From: a virus
Taxonomy: Duplodnaviria > Caudoviricetes
Virus record (IMG/VR): IMGVR_UViG_3300043451_000038
Location: 1-53,384 of that record
Direction: 5' to 3' (one strand)
Length of the DNA: 53,384 bases
Shown here: positions 20,940 to 30,600 of the stretch, in pieces
How positions within the stretch are numbered: position 1 is the first letter of the stretch
How the letters are laid out: the number at the start of each line of letters is the position of its first letter
Notes under the pieces: model-generated
What the model was told of the DNA's origin: nothing
The model's input: the letters and a program-made list of their open reading frames with translations, nothing else
Databases searched by the model: none
Position numbers and translations under genes: made by a program

Positions 20940-23185
20940 CCAATAACCCAGAGATTCAACAAATCATTGAGCATGCCGCACAGATTGCTCAGGAACATAA
21001 ACATGGCTATGTTACCTTAGAGCACGTGCTATTGAGCATGATTACATACGAGCCCTTCAGAAATCACTTGAATGAGTTTGGTGTAGATACTGATTCTATG
21101 GTCAGTGATGTAGGCACTTATGTATTGAATCTTCAAGGTATTCATATGCTACCCGACGAGAACGGTCGTCAACCACACCCACGCAAGACCGCAGCCTTAG
21201 AGCGTATGTTCAATCGTGCTGTTGCTCAAGCAATCTTCTCTGGTCGTCGTCAGATGGACATTACTGACCTTTACTTGAGCATCCTACTTGAAACTAACTC
21301 ACATGCTTCGTACTTCTTAATCAAGTATGGTGTTACTCGTGCTGAGTTTATGACCTACTGGAAGAAAGCACAGAAGGTTCACAACGCGGTCACTAAGATG
21401 GACACAGCAACCGCAAATGAAATCTTAGAAGAGCATACTACTGACTTGACTAAGCGGGCTCGTAGTGGCAAACTTGAGCCTATGATCGGCCGTGATCGTG
21501 AAGTTGAAGACCTAGTCACAGTGCTTGCTAAGAAGTTCAAAGCAAACGTACTGATGGTAGGTGATGCTGGTGTAGGTAAGACTGCTATTGCTGAGGGCTT
21601 AGCACAGCGCATTGCTGACGACATGGTACCTGAATTCTTGAAAGGTCACGAAGTCTACTCGCTAGAGATCGGCTCGTTACTTGCCGGCTCTAAGTATCGA
21701 GGTGACTTTGAAGAAAAAGTCAAGCACGTGTTCGAAGCACTCGCCTCAAAAGAAAAGACAGTGTTGTTCATTGATGAGGCGCATACAATGCGCGGCGCAG
21801 GTAGCGGCTCTAACTCATCCATGGACTTTGCTAACATGATCAAGCCCCTTATTACTAAGGGCAACGTCAAGATTATCGCAAGCACAACCTGGGAAGAGTA
21901 CTACGAATCGTTTGAGAAAGACCGCGCACTCATGCGCCGCTTCTACAAACTAGACATTGACGAACCTAATCCAGAGACTACTGAAAAGATTCTTACTGGT
22001 ATCTCTCAGCGCCTCAATGAGTTTCATAATGTTGTTATCGACGAGACTGCTATCAAGACCGCAGTTGAAATGAGTGGTCGATACATTCATGACCGCAAAA
22101 ACCCTGATAAGTCAATCGACTTGCTTGACGCCGCTTGCGCGGTTCAACGTGTAGCTAATGCTACTGGTGCTGTTATCTCCGCAGAGAACATCAAGCAACA
22201 AGTTACTAAGTTGTGCGGTGTGCCTGTTGATAAGATGGACACAGACAAGACCGACCGCTTAGTTGAACTTGAAGCTAACGTCAAGTCTAAGTTGTATGGT
22301 CAAGATACAACAGTCAATGAAGTGCTTGATCGCATCTATGTATCATACGCAGGCATTGCTAACGAGAAGAAGCCTATGGCATCATTCCTCTTCCTAGGCC
22401 CAACTGGCACTGGTAAGACTGAACTTGCCCGCTTACTATCACAACACTTAGACATGCCTCTACACAAGTATGATATGTCCGAGTATCAAGAGAAGCATAG
22501 TGTCGCATCACTCATCGGTGCGCCTCCAGGCTATGTAGGCTTTGATGAGGGCAATCTAGGCGGCGGCAAGATTATCAATGACTTGTCAAAGAACCCCTAC
22601 TCTATCTTGTTGTTTGACGAAGTAGAGAAAGCCCACCCTGATGTCTATAACTTGTTCTTACAACTACTAGACGAAGGCAAGTTGACAGGCACTAACGGCA
22701 AAGTAGTCAATGCTAAGAACACAATCATTATCATGACTTCTAACCTAGGTGCGGCAGACAGTGAGCGCAACAACATCGGTTTCGGCAAGCAAAGCAAAGA
22801 CGGCGAAGATGATAAAGCACTCAAAGAGTTCTTCAAGCCTGAACTACGCAACCGTATCGATCAGATTGTCAAGTTCAAGAAGCTAGATGACCTATCAATC
22901 AAGAAGGTTGTTGCTAAGTTTGTCAATGAACTAAAGACATCCTTGTTCAATAATCATGCTATCACGCTCAACGTAGGCGAAGATGTTATCGAACACTTAG
23001 CTAAGAACGGCTACGATGAAAAGATGGGTGCCCGTCCACTTGCTCGTAAGATTGACGAGTTGATTCGTGTGCCACTGTCTAAGAAGATTCTGTTCGAACG
23101 CCTCAAGACAGCAACACTAGAAGCTCGTATGACTGATGACCGCGTAGAATTTGTTGTTCTCACGCAAGAGCCGGTGAATGTCTAA
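20936..23185 (+). CDS. clpA: ClpA-like Hsp100 AAA+ unfoldase
   Basis: Clp N-domain; Walker A motifs GDAGVGKT and GPTGTGKT; GAPPGYVGF; DEVEKAH; IGF loop; no ClpB middle domain. Confidence 0.92.
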   Translation: MTNNPEIQQIIEHAAQIAQEHKHGYVTLEHVLLSMITYEPFRNHLNEFGVDTDSMVSDVGTYVLNLQGIHMLPDENGRQPHPRKTAALERMFNRAVAQAIFSGRRQMDITDLYLSILLETNSHASYFLIKYGVTRAEFMTYWKKAQKVHNAVTKMDTATANEILEEHTTDLTKRARSGKLEPMIGRDREVEDLVTVLAKKFKANVLMVGDAGVGKTAIAEGLAQRIADDMVPEFLKGHEVYSLEIGSLLAGSKYRGDFEEKVKHVFEALASKEKTVLFIDEAHTMRGAGSGSNSSMDFANMIKPLITKGNVKIIASTTWEEYYESFEKDRALMRRFYKLDIDEPNPETTEKILTGISQRLNEFHNVVIDETAIKTAVEMSGRYIHDRKNPDKSIDLLDAACAVQRVANATGAVISAENIKQQVTKLCGVPVDKMDTDKTDRLVELEANVKSKLYGQDTTVNEVLDRIYVSYAGIANEKKPMASFLFLGPTGTGKTELARLLSQHLDMPLHKYDMSEYQEKHSVASLIGAPPGYVGFDEGNLGGGKIINDLSKNPYSILLFDEVEKAHPDVYNLFLQLLDEGKLTGTNGKVVNAKNTIIIMTSNLGAADSERNNIGFGKQSKDGEDDKALKEFFKPELRNRIDQIVKFKKLDDLSIKKVVAKFVNELKTSLFNNHAITLNVGEDVIEHLAKNGYDEKMGARPLARKIDELIRVPLSKKILFERLKTATLEARMTDDRVEFVVLTQEPVNV

Positions 23186-23912
23186 GAGTGGCTACAAAGT
23201 AATAAAGCGAAGCGACTTATTCTATGGTCGCTTCACTTATCGAGTGTCGTTTCGTCTGTCTATGGCAGGCAGAACAGCCTATTGCTACTCATCAGATCAA
23301 CTAAAGCACCACATGACTGAGGTGCGACAATGGTATCGAAGTACGGTAGACGCTAAACAATTACAGGCCGAGATTGACTCAATCGACTGGGACCAGATGG
23401 ACGCTTTCTTCAAGTTCAAGCGAACATATGCGCCCAGAGCATCAAAGAAAAAAGACAACAAGGTAATGATAACAGTAGGCAGGCATCAAGGTGCGGCCTA
23501 CATCACAGACTTGAAACTGGTACGCAAGTTCGAGGACTTAGGAATACAAATCACAGAAGTAGTTGAGTGTGACGCATCCTTGCCTCGTGAAGTCAGATTC
23601 TTCAAGAATCCACCAAAGCACAAGTACAGAATCTACTTCAAGAACAAAAAGGCCGCTGATCCATTCAAAGCAAATATGCTTGACTTCTTAGACACATACA
23701 AGGGCATTGTATTTCCTAGCTACGCATTTGTAGAATGGCTCAAGAACACCAACAAGCCTCGCTGGTGGCATACTGAATACCTACAAGCAAGTCATTTCAT
23801 TGAATATGATGATGAAGGCCATCAGACAATCCTGCTACTAATGTTCGACCAGAAGTACTTCGGCAAGTGCTTTGAGTGCCGTCAAGAAACTACAGATACA
23901 GTCCAGCCATGA
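23178..23912 (+). CDS. Hypothetical protein
   Basis: 244-aa ORF overlapping the clpA end. Confidence 0.7.
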   Translation: MSKSGYKVIKRSDLFYGRFTYRVSFRLSMAGRTAYCYSSDQLKHHMTEVRQWYRSTVDAKQLQAEIDSIDWDQMDAFFKFKRTYAPRASKKKDNKVMITVGRHQGAAYITDLKLVRKFEDLGIQITEVVECDASLPREVRFFKNPPKHKYRIYFKNKKAADPFKANMLDFLDTYKGIVFPSYAFVEWLKNTNKPRWWHTEYLQASHFIEYDDEGHQTILLLMFDQKYFGKCFECRQETTDTVQP

Positions 23913-23936
23913 TAAATACTCCATCAAGGAGTATTT
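23913..23936 (+). promoter_or_regulatory. Late promoter TAAATA overlapping an RBS-sequestering hairpin
   Basis: AAATACTCC (23914-23922), loop ATCAA, GGAGTATTT (23928-23936); ATG 23938. Confidence 0.7.
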
Positions 23937-23937
23937 C

Positions 23938-24105
23938 ATGGCAAAAATCGTAGAGGACGTAATCGTCATCAAAATCAGTCAGTTAGTCAAAGACGAAGCG
24001 GCTGACCAAACTTCGGCAGTTACGCCAGAAGTAGAAGCGGCACTAGAGCAAGTAGCACAAGAGTTAGTTGGCGCTGGCGCTGTTGTTGAAGTAATGAAGG
24101 CGTAA
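23938..24105 (+). CDS. Small hypothetical late protein (55 aa)
   Basis: AAGGAG RBS before ATG 23938, in frame with ORF 23872-24105. Confidence 0.7.
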   Translation: MAKIVEDVIVIKISQLVKDEAADQTSAVTPEVEAALEQVAQELVGAGAVVEVMKA

Positions 24106-24107
24106 TC

Positions 24108-24467
24108 ATGGCACAAGCAACCGTAATCACAATGGTACCAACACGTGCTGGCCCAGCAACTGGTTCGGTTAGCTTTGTCAGCGATAGACAACCAGCCGCA
24201 TCATACTATGTAGCAGGCAAAGACCTACAAACAGTCGCTTGGGATTTACAAAACACATTCTCAGCAGATATCAGTATTCAGGCAAGTCTAGCAACAACAC
24301 CAGGCGTTTATGACTGGTTCACAGTCGATATGATTCCTACCTCACCTAGTACTACTATCCCTCGTCAAAGCGGATACACCAATCTAAACGGCAAGTACGT
24401 GTGGATCAGAGTCAATATTACTAACTGGACAGCAGGTAATATCAACTCAATCACCTTATCTTACTAA
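24108..24467 (+). CDS. Hypothetical beta-rich protein, possibly structural
   Basis: 119-aa ORF followed by a terminator. Confidence 0.65.
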   Translation: MAQATVITMVPTRAGPATGSVSFVSDRQPAASYYVAGKDLQTVAWDLQNTFSADISIQASLATTPGVYDWFTVDMIPTSPSTTIPRQSGYTNLNGKYVWIRVNITNWTAGNINSITLSY

Positions 24468-24483
24468 TCTAAGAATGGACTAT

Positions 24484-24508
24484 AAAAAGCGCCTTAGGGC
24501 GCTTTTTT
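24484..24508. terminator. Intrinsic terminator (bidirectional type)
   Basis: AAAAAGCGCC-ttag-GGCGCTTTTT. Confidence 0.85.
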
Positions 24509-24510
24509 CA

Positions 24511-24538
24511 TTGACAACTGATACTCTTGTGCTATACT
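24511..24538 (+). promoter_or_regulatory. sigma70-like promoter
   Basis: TTGACA 24511-24516, 16-nt spacer, TATACT 24533-24538. Confidence 0.7.
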
Positions 24539-24609
24539 TGAGGTAGATGAAAAATATTTCGAGGCTCTGTCTAGCTTCTAAATATCTACATCATTCAACA
24601 GAGGATCAT

Positions 24610-25551
24610 ATGACCAAAAAAGACAAAGAAAAGTTAGTACCAGTTGACGCAGTTCAAGAACTAGCGGACAAGGCAGCACAGGCAGCCTCTATCGGCGGTA
24701 CAGACAAAGCGGCCGAAACTGGCCAGATTGAACAGGCTAAGGAAGGCGAAGCTCCTAACCCTAATCAAGTTCAAGTTAACGTAGACTATCTACGCACAAC
24801 TAAGGCTCACCTAGCAATGCCTTGCTACGGTGGTATGTTGACTGAATCAACATTCATGTCATACATCAAGTTCGCTAATACAGCCCGTCAGCTAGGCGTT
24901 GATTGGACACTAGAGACCATGGTCAACGAATCCCTAATCTCACGTGCTCGTAACACACTCACAGCTAAGTTCTTACATCAGAAAGAGTCCACTCACTTGA
25001 TGTTCATTGACGCTGACATTGGTTGGGAACCATGGCACCTCTTAGTGCTACTCAATCATCAAAAGGACATGATCGGTGGCCTATACCCAATGAAAACAAT
25101 GCCGCTAAAGTGGGTTGTTAACGGCTTCGAAGGTGCTGAGCAAGGCGAGAATGGCTTACAAGAAGTATCTAAAGCAGGTACAGGTTTCTTGTTGACCACT
25201 CGTAAAGCCCTAGAGTTAATGTCTGGTCACCCAGCAGTTAAGCCATACAAGAACGATATCGGCTTAGATCCAATTTATGACCAATATCTACGTACATATT
25301 GGGACACAGCGATTCGTCAGAACCGTTACTACTCCGAAGACTGGACAGCTTGTGAAAACTTCCGTGACTTAGGCGGTCGTATCTGGGTTGACCGTCGTGT
25401 TCTACTACGTCACGCTGGTCACTTCAACTTCTGTCAAGAAGCTCATGACCACCTAATGAACTCATTCGGCCCAATCTATGTTGATGCTATGGTTCAACAA
25501 GGTAAGATGAAGGTTGAGATGGTAGGCGCTGACGGCAAGCCAGCGGCATAA
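24610..25551 (+). CDS. GT-A-fold glycosyltransferase-like protein
   Basis: AMPCYGG, ESLISRARN, HLMFIDADI (DxD), GTGFLL, YSEDW, H.G; GAGGA RBS before ATG 24610. Confidence 0.75.
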   Translation: MTKKDKEKLVPVDAVQELADKAAQAASIGGTDKAAETGQIEQAKEGEAPNPNQVQVNVDYLRTTKAHLAMPCYGGMLTESTFMSYIKFANTARQLGVDWTLETMVNESLISRARNTLTAKFLHQKESTHLMFIDADIGWEPWHLLVLLNHQKDMIGGLYPMKTMPLKWVVNGFEGAEQGENGLQEVSKAGTGFLLTTRKALELMSGHPAVKPYKNDIGLDPIYDQYLRTYWDTAIRQNRYYSEDWTACENFRDLGGRIWVDRRVLLRHAGHFNFCQEAHDHLMNSFGPIYVDAMVQQGKMKVEMVGADGKPAA

Positions 25552-25570
25552 TCAACTATAGTTGACTATC

Positions 25571-25599
25571 AAGGGAGCCTAGTGCTCCCTTTACTTTTT
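25571..25599 (+). terminator. Intrinsic terminator
   Basis: AAGGGAGC-ctagt-GCTCCCTT followed by a T-rich tract. Confidence 0.8.
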
Positions 25600-25616
25600 G
25601 GGCTAAATACTAGATT

Positions 25617-26462
25617 ATGCCTAAGAATCAACGAGCCCAACTAGTAGACACTATTCAAGACCCTGCGCTAGCCCGCAGATTCAACCCAGGCTACGTTGAA
25701 CCTCAAGAGAGGGTAGCACAGTCTGACAGAAAGTTCAACCTAGCAAAAGACAAGACTGACAAGCGTGACTACTTGTTCACTGCCGCCGCACCTACCTCAC
25801 TATCATCAGTTGATATGCGACAATACTGTACAACGATGGAAGATCAAGGCCGTTTAGGCAGTTGTACCGGTCACGCTGTTACTAGTGCTATGGAAATCTT
25901 ACTCAACAAGGCAAACAAACGCATTGAATTGAGTCGCTTATTCGTTTACTATCAAGCCAGACTACTAGAGGGCACCGCCTCATATGACGCAGGCGCTTAC
26001 TTACGTGACGCGGTCAAGGCAGCCAACAAATGGGGCGCAAGTGACGAGCGAGTATGGTCATACAACATACGCTTATTCAACAGACCACCTGCTAAAGCGG
26101 CCTATGATGACGCACTGAAGCGCAGAATCACAGAGTATCGTCGTTGCCCTACATTCGTAGAAGTCAGAGCAAGTCTAGCACAAGGCTACCCAGTAGTCGG
26201 CGGTATCATTGTGTACTCTAGCTTCTTATCGGCTATCACGACAAAGACAGGCACCGTGCCTCACCCTAACAAAAAGAAAGAAGCAATCCTAGGCGGTCAT
26301 GCCTTATGCTTCGTAGGTTACGATGACGCTCGTGAGGTGTTCATAGTCAAGAACAGTTGGGGCGCCTCATGGGGCGACAGAGGCTACGGATACATCCCCT
26401 ACTCAATCGTCAAAGACACAACGCTTGCTATGGACTTTTGGGCCATCGTAGGCACAACATAA
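25617..26462 (+). CDS. Papain-like cysteine protease (C1A)
   Basis: DQGRLGSCTG (Gln/Cys), GGHAL..VGY (His), KNSWGASWGD.GY (Asn); TAAATA 7 nt upstream. Confidence 0.92.
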   Translation: MPKNQRAQLVDTIQDPALARRFNPGYVEPQERVAQSDRKFNLAKDKTDKRDYLFTAAAPTSLSSVDMRQYCTTMEDQGRLGSCTGHAVTSAMEILLNKANKRIELSRLFVYYQARLLEGTASYDAGAYLRDAVKAANKWGASDERVWSYNIRLFNRPPAKAAYDDALKRRITEYRRCPTFVEVRASLAQGYPVVGGIIVYSSFLSAITTKTGTVPHPNKKKEAILGGHALCFVGYDDAREVFIVKNSWGASWGDRGYGYIPYSIVKDTTLAMDFWAIVGTT

Positions 26463-26472
26463 ATATATTGCT

Positions 26473-27360
26473 ATGAACATCAACGATATCGAAAACTTCA
26501 GCTTAGACTACGCGGTCAAGTTCCATGACGAACTTAACCAGTACCTATTCGACGGCGACCATATGAATCCAGAAGTCAGAGAACAACTTATTATTATCGC
26601 TCAGGATTTTATTGATTTTATGGGAATCACCGACTTGGACGTTTCGGACGTTGTTATCTGCGGATCAAACGCCGCATATACCTACACCCTACATAGTGAT
26701 ATTGACCTACATATCTTAGTCGATATGACTAAAATTAGTAATGATGACGTTTATCTAGAGTTATTCAATAGTAAGAAGAATCTGTATAATATGAAGCACG
26801 ATATTACAATTCATGGGTTTGACGTTGAATTGTATATTCAGGATTCACAGCAACAGGTACAAAGTCTTGGTGAGTATAGTATATTGAATGATAAATGGAT
26901 CAAGTTTCCAGGCAAGAAGTCAGCTACCATCAAACACCGAGATGTTGAGGCAAAGTATAGAAAACTAGTAGAAGTCAGTCTACTAGCTATCAAAACAAAC
27001 GACTTAGAACTTCTAGACTCGCTACTTGAAACTATTAAAAAGTACCGTAAAGCAGGTCTGGACGCAAATGGCGAATTTTCTACTGAAAACTTAGCATATA
27101 AAGCACTTCGTAGTCGTGGTATCGTAGATCAACTATACAAGCATCGTGACTGGTTAAGAAGCAAGGAGTTGAGTATTGACGAACAGATCAATGAGTGCTC
27201 AGGCTACATTCCTACTGAGGCCGAACGCTATGATCCACGCTTTCGTATGGCTCTATCAGTTGATGTAGGCCCACAAACGCTCAAAAAGTCAGCACAACAG
27301 CTAGGCTCAACTATTGCCAGAGACGGCAGACCGCCCCTGCTTCGTAGTAGCGGTAAATGA
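26473..27360 (+). CDS. Pol-beta-superfamily nucleotidyltransferase
   Basis: GSNA....SDIDLH (GS + DxD) and a later DVELY carboxylate; TAAATA 7 nt upstream. Confidence 0.75.
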   Translation: MNINDIENFSLDYAVKFHDELNQYLFDGDHMNPEVREQLIIIAQDFIDFMGITDLDVSDVVICGSNAAYTYTLHSDIDLHILVDMTKISNDDVYLELFNSKKNLYNMKHDITIHGFDVELYIQDSQQQVQSLGEYSILNDKWIKFPGKKSATIKHRDVEAKYRKLVEVSLLAIKTNDLELLDSLLETIKKYRKAGLDANGEFSTENLAYKALRSRGIVDQLYKHRDWLRSKELSIDEQINECSGYIPTEAERYDPRFRMALSVDVGPQTLKKSAQQLGSTIARDGRPPLLRSSGK

Positions 27361-27389
27361 TAAATACTAGTATCTACACAGGATACTAG
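27361..27389 (+). promoter_or_regulatory. Late promoter TAAATA plus RBS-overlapping hairpin
   Basis: TAAATA 27361-27366; CTAGTATC (27367-27374) pairs with GATACTAG (27382-27389); ATG 27391. Confidence 0.65.
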
Positions 27390-27390
27390 A

Positions 27391-27594
27391 ATGTCAGACA
27401 TTAAAAACACCCTCGATTTACTCAAAAAACTAGAAGAAAGCACGGTTGCCGGCGGCGTAGCACCAGTCTCAGCACCATTAGGCATCACCGAAAAACGTGT
27501 CCAAGAGTCTGGTCCAGAAACAGCACCAGCAGTCAAGAAGGGCTTAGAGTGGGGCAACTGGAGTCCTAAGTTAACAGCGGTAAAGAAGAAATAA
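27391..27594 (+). CDS. Small hypothetical late protein
   Basis: 67-aa ORF, MSDIKNTLDLLKKLEES. Confidence 0.65.
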   Translation: MSDIKNTLDLLKKLEESTVAGGVAPVSAPLGITEKRVQESGPETAPAVKKGLEWGNWSPKLTAVKKK

Positions 27595-27603
27595 GGAAAA
27601 CAA

Positions 27604-30600
27604 ATGCCAGCGCAAAATAATCCAATTCAAAAACTAGGTGGCGGTTCACTAGATCCAGCAGAGTTAGCCATTTTACAGAAAAATGGTGATGTAACTATCT
27701 TAGAAACAGATAAGAATATCTATGTTACTGCTATTCGTGAAGAAGTATTAAACCAGAAGGTGGTTAAGAAATACGTAGACGAGTTCAACACAGTTACAAC
27801 TTATGTAAACTCACCAGGCGGCTCAACTAACGGTCAGATTCAGTACTACAAAGACGGCGGCTTCGAAGCGGTAACTCAGTTGATGTTTGATGAGTCTCGC
27901 AGTGATCTAACAGTATTCGGCAATATTCGCGGCAACAACTTTGTAACAAGCTATGAGGTATCTGCTAACACCATCAGTGCTGTAGATGTCAATGCTACTG
28001 GCAATGTAACAGTCAATCAGAATCTATTAGTACAGAGTTCAGGCGGCACACCTACAATGTACTTCCGTGTAACTTCAAGTAACACAGACACTTACGGCAA
28101 CTTAAACGCATTCGGCAACGTAACAGTAGGCAACTCATTTGTCAATCGTACACTAACAGTCAACGGCAACTTAACAACCACAAACGCTAACTTAGGCAAC
28201 TTAGTATCAGCTAATTATATTGAAGGTGTCTTGGTAACTTCTGCTCAGCCTAACTTAACAAGCGCGGCAACAACACTAACAGTAGGTAACATTCGTATCG
28301 AGGGCAATCGAGCCGCTACCGCTACTACTCCTCAGTACATTACTACACTAGTAAACAACACACCGCTAGCACTAAGTGTTCCAACTGCATCGGGTAATCG
28401 TGAGTTTACTTTGTACTCTACGGGTAATATCGTATTACCTGATAATTCATCTGGTAATTCTGCTCTAAAATCAACTGCTGCCAACGGACTATTATTTGTA
28501 GCAAACGTTGATGCTGGCGGTTCGACCGCTGGTGAACAAACAATGCAGCTAACTGCGCTAGGTAACTTACGAGTACCTAACACAGTAGTAGCGTCTACAT
28601 TCGAAGGCGTGTTCAACACTAACAGCAACGCACAGCCTAACATCACATCACTAGGCACACTAACAGGCCTAACGGTCGGTAACGCTACTGCTAACTCTAT
28701 CTTCGGCAACGGTACTATTTTATCAGGCAACGTAACTGCTGGCATCATTGGTAACGCATTAAGCAATGTCAACGGTAACGTGGGCACATTCGTTACTGCT
28801 AACATCACAAGTACTGATAGCTCAGTACCAGCGGCCAACATTCAAGGTATTCTACAAGTTGTCGGCAACACAATTCTAGGTGGCGCAACTACAAGAACAA
28901 CAGTTAACGGTACGCTACTTGTAGCAGGCAATATGGTTGTTGCTGGTACATATCACACAGAGAACGTAAGTGACCTAGTTGTAGTTGATCCTACGATCAC
29001 ACTAGGCGCTGCACTAGACTCTTCAAACAGAGCTACTGCTCATTCGACAGCAACAAGTGGTGATCGTGGTCTAGAACTAAGATACTATGACACAGCAGAT
29101 GCTACAGCGTTTATCGGTATGAACAACACTGGCAACTTCAGAGTTGTAAAGAGTGGCTACGGCGCTACAGAAGTCTTAGCTAACTTGACTGTTAATGTTC
29201 TAAATGCTAGTAACATCACCGGCGCAACTGTAACAGGTAACATTGTAAACGGTACAAGCAGTGTGAACGTGGCTGCTAGTGGCAACGTTACCTTATTTGC
29301 AGCAGGCAATGCTACAGTTATTTCTACAGACACTGGTGCTAACATCACTGGTTATCTAACAGCAACAGGCAATATTACTACTACAGCTAACTTCATGGGC
29401 GTACTAGCTAACACAACATCAAGTGTAGCTATCCCTGCGGCAGCTGGTAACGTAGTCATTACATCAGCAGGCAATGCTACTGCTACAATCACAGGTACTG
29501 GTGCTAACATCACTGGTCATGTAACAGCAACAGGCAACATCACTGGTGCTAACTTAGTAGGCACACTAGCTAACGGTACATCAACAATCTCAATCGTAAA
29601 CAACGGCGCAGTTACAGTATCAGTTGCTGGTTCATCTAATGCTAGTTTTGATACTAACGGCCTAACTATCACTAATGATCTAGACGTAGACGGCAACATC
29701 ACTACTACAATGATTGCCGCTACGTTGACTAACAGTATTGCTACTAGTGCTAGTAACGTAGTTCTAACAGCAACAACAGCAAACATCTCTGCTGGTAGTA
29801 CAGCAGACGTAGTATCAGTCAGTGCCACCGGCGTAACTACAAGCAACGTAACTACAACAGGTGATGTAGCAATCAACGGCGGCGATCTAACTACAACTGC
29901 TACTACATTCAACCTAGTCAACGCAACTGCTACGACTCTAAACATCGGTGGTGCAGCAACAACAGTGGCTATCGGTGCGGCAACAGGCACAGCAACATTC
30001 GGCAACGCACTTGTTGTTACTGCTAACGCAAGCGCGGCTAACTTCAACACAGCTGGTCAAGTAGTTGCTACAGGTAACGTAACAGGCGGTAATATCGTAA
30101 CTGCTGGTGACGTAGCTGTTAACGGCGGTGATATCACCACAACTGCTACTACATTCAATCTAGCTAACACCATTGCTACAACAGTCAACGCATTCGGCTC
30201 AGCAACAGCGGTCAATATTGGTGCTGCAGGTAGTACAACTGCGCTAGGCGGCGGTATGATGATTGCTGGTGATATCGTACCGGCAGCAGGCACAACCTCA
30301 GTAGCAATCGCTAACACAGTAGCTACAACAGTCAACTTAGGCGGTGCAGCAACTACACTCAACATGGGTGCTACTACTGGCACAACAACTATCGGCAACG
30401 CCTTAGTTGTAACAGGCAATGCTTCGGCAGCTAACTTCAGCACAGCAGGCGATCTAGCAGTCAACGGCGGTGATATCACTTCAACAAGTGCTACACTAAA
30501 CGTAGGCGCTAGTGGTAACACAGTAGCAATGCTAGGCGCACTAACAGTAGCACAGAACGCCACTGTAACAGGCGATCTAGGCGTCAACGGCGGCGATATC

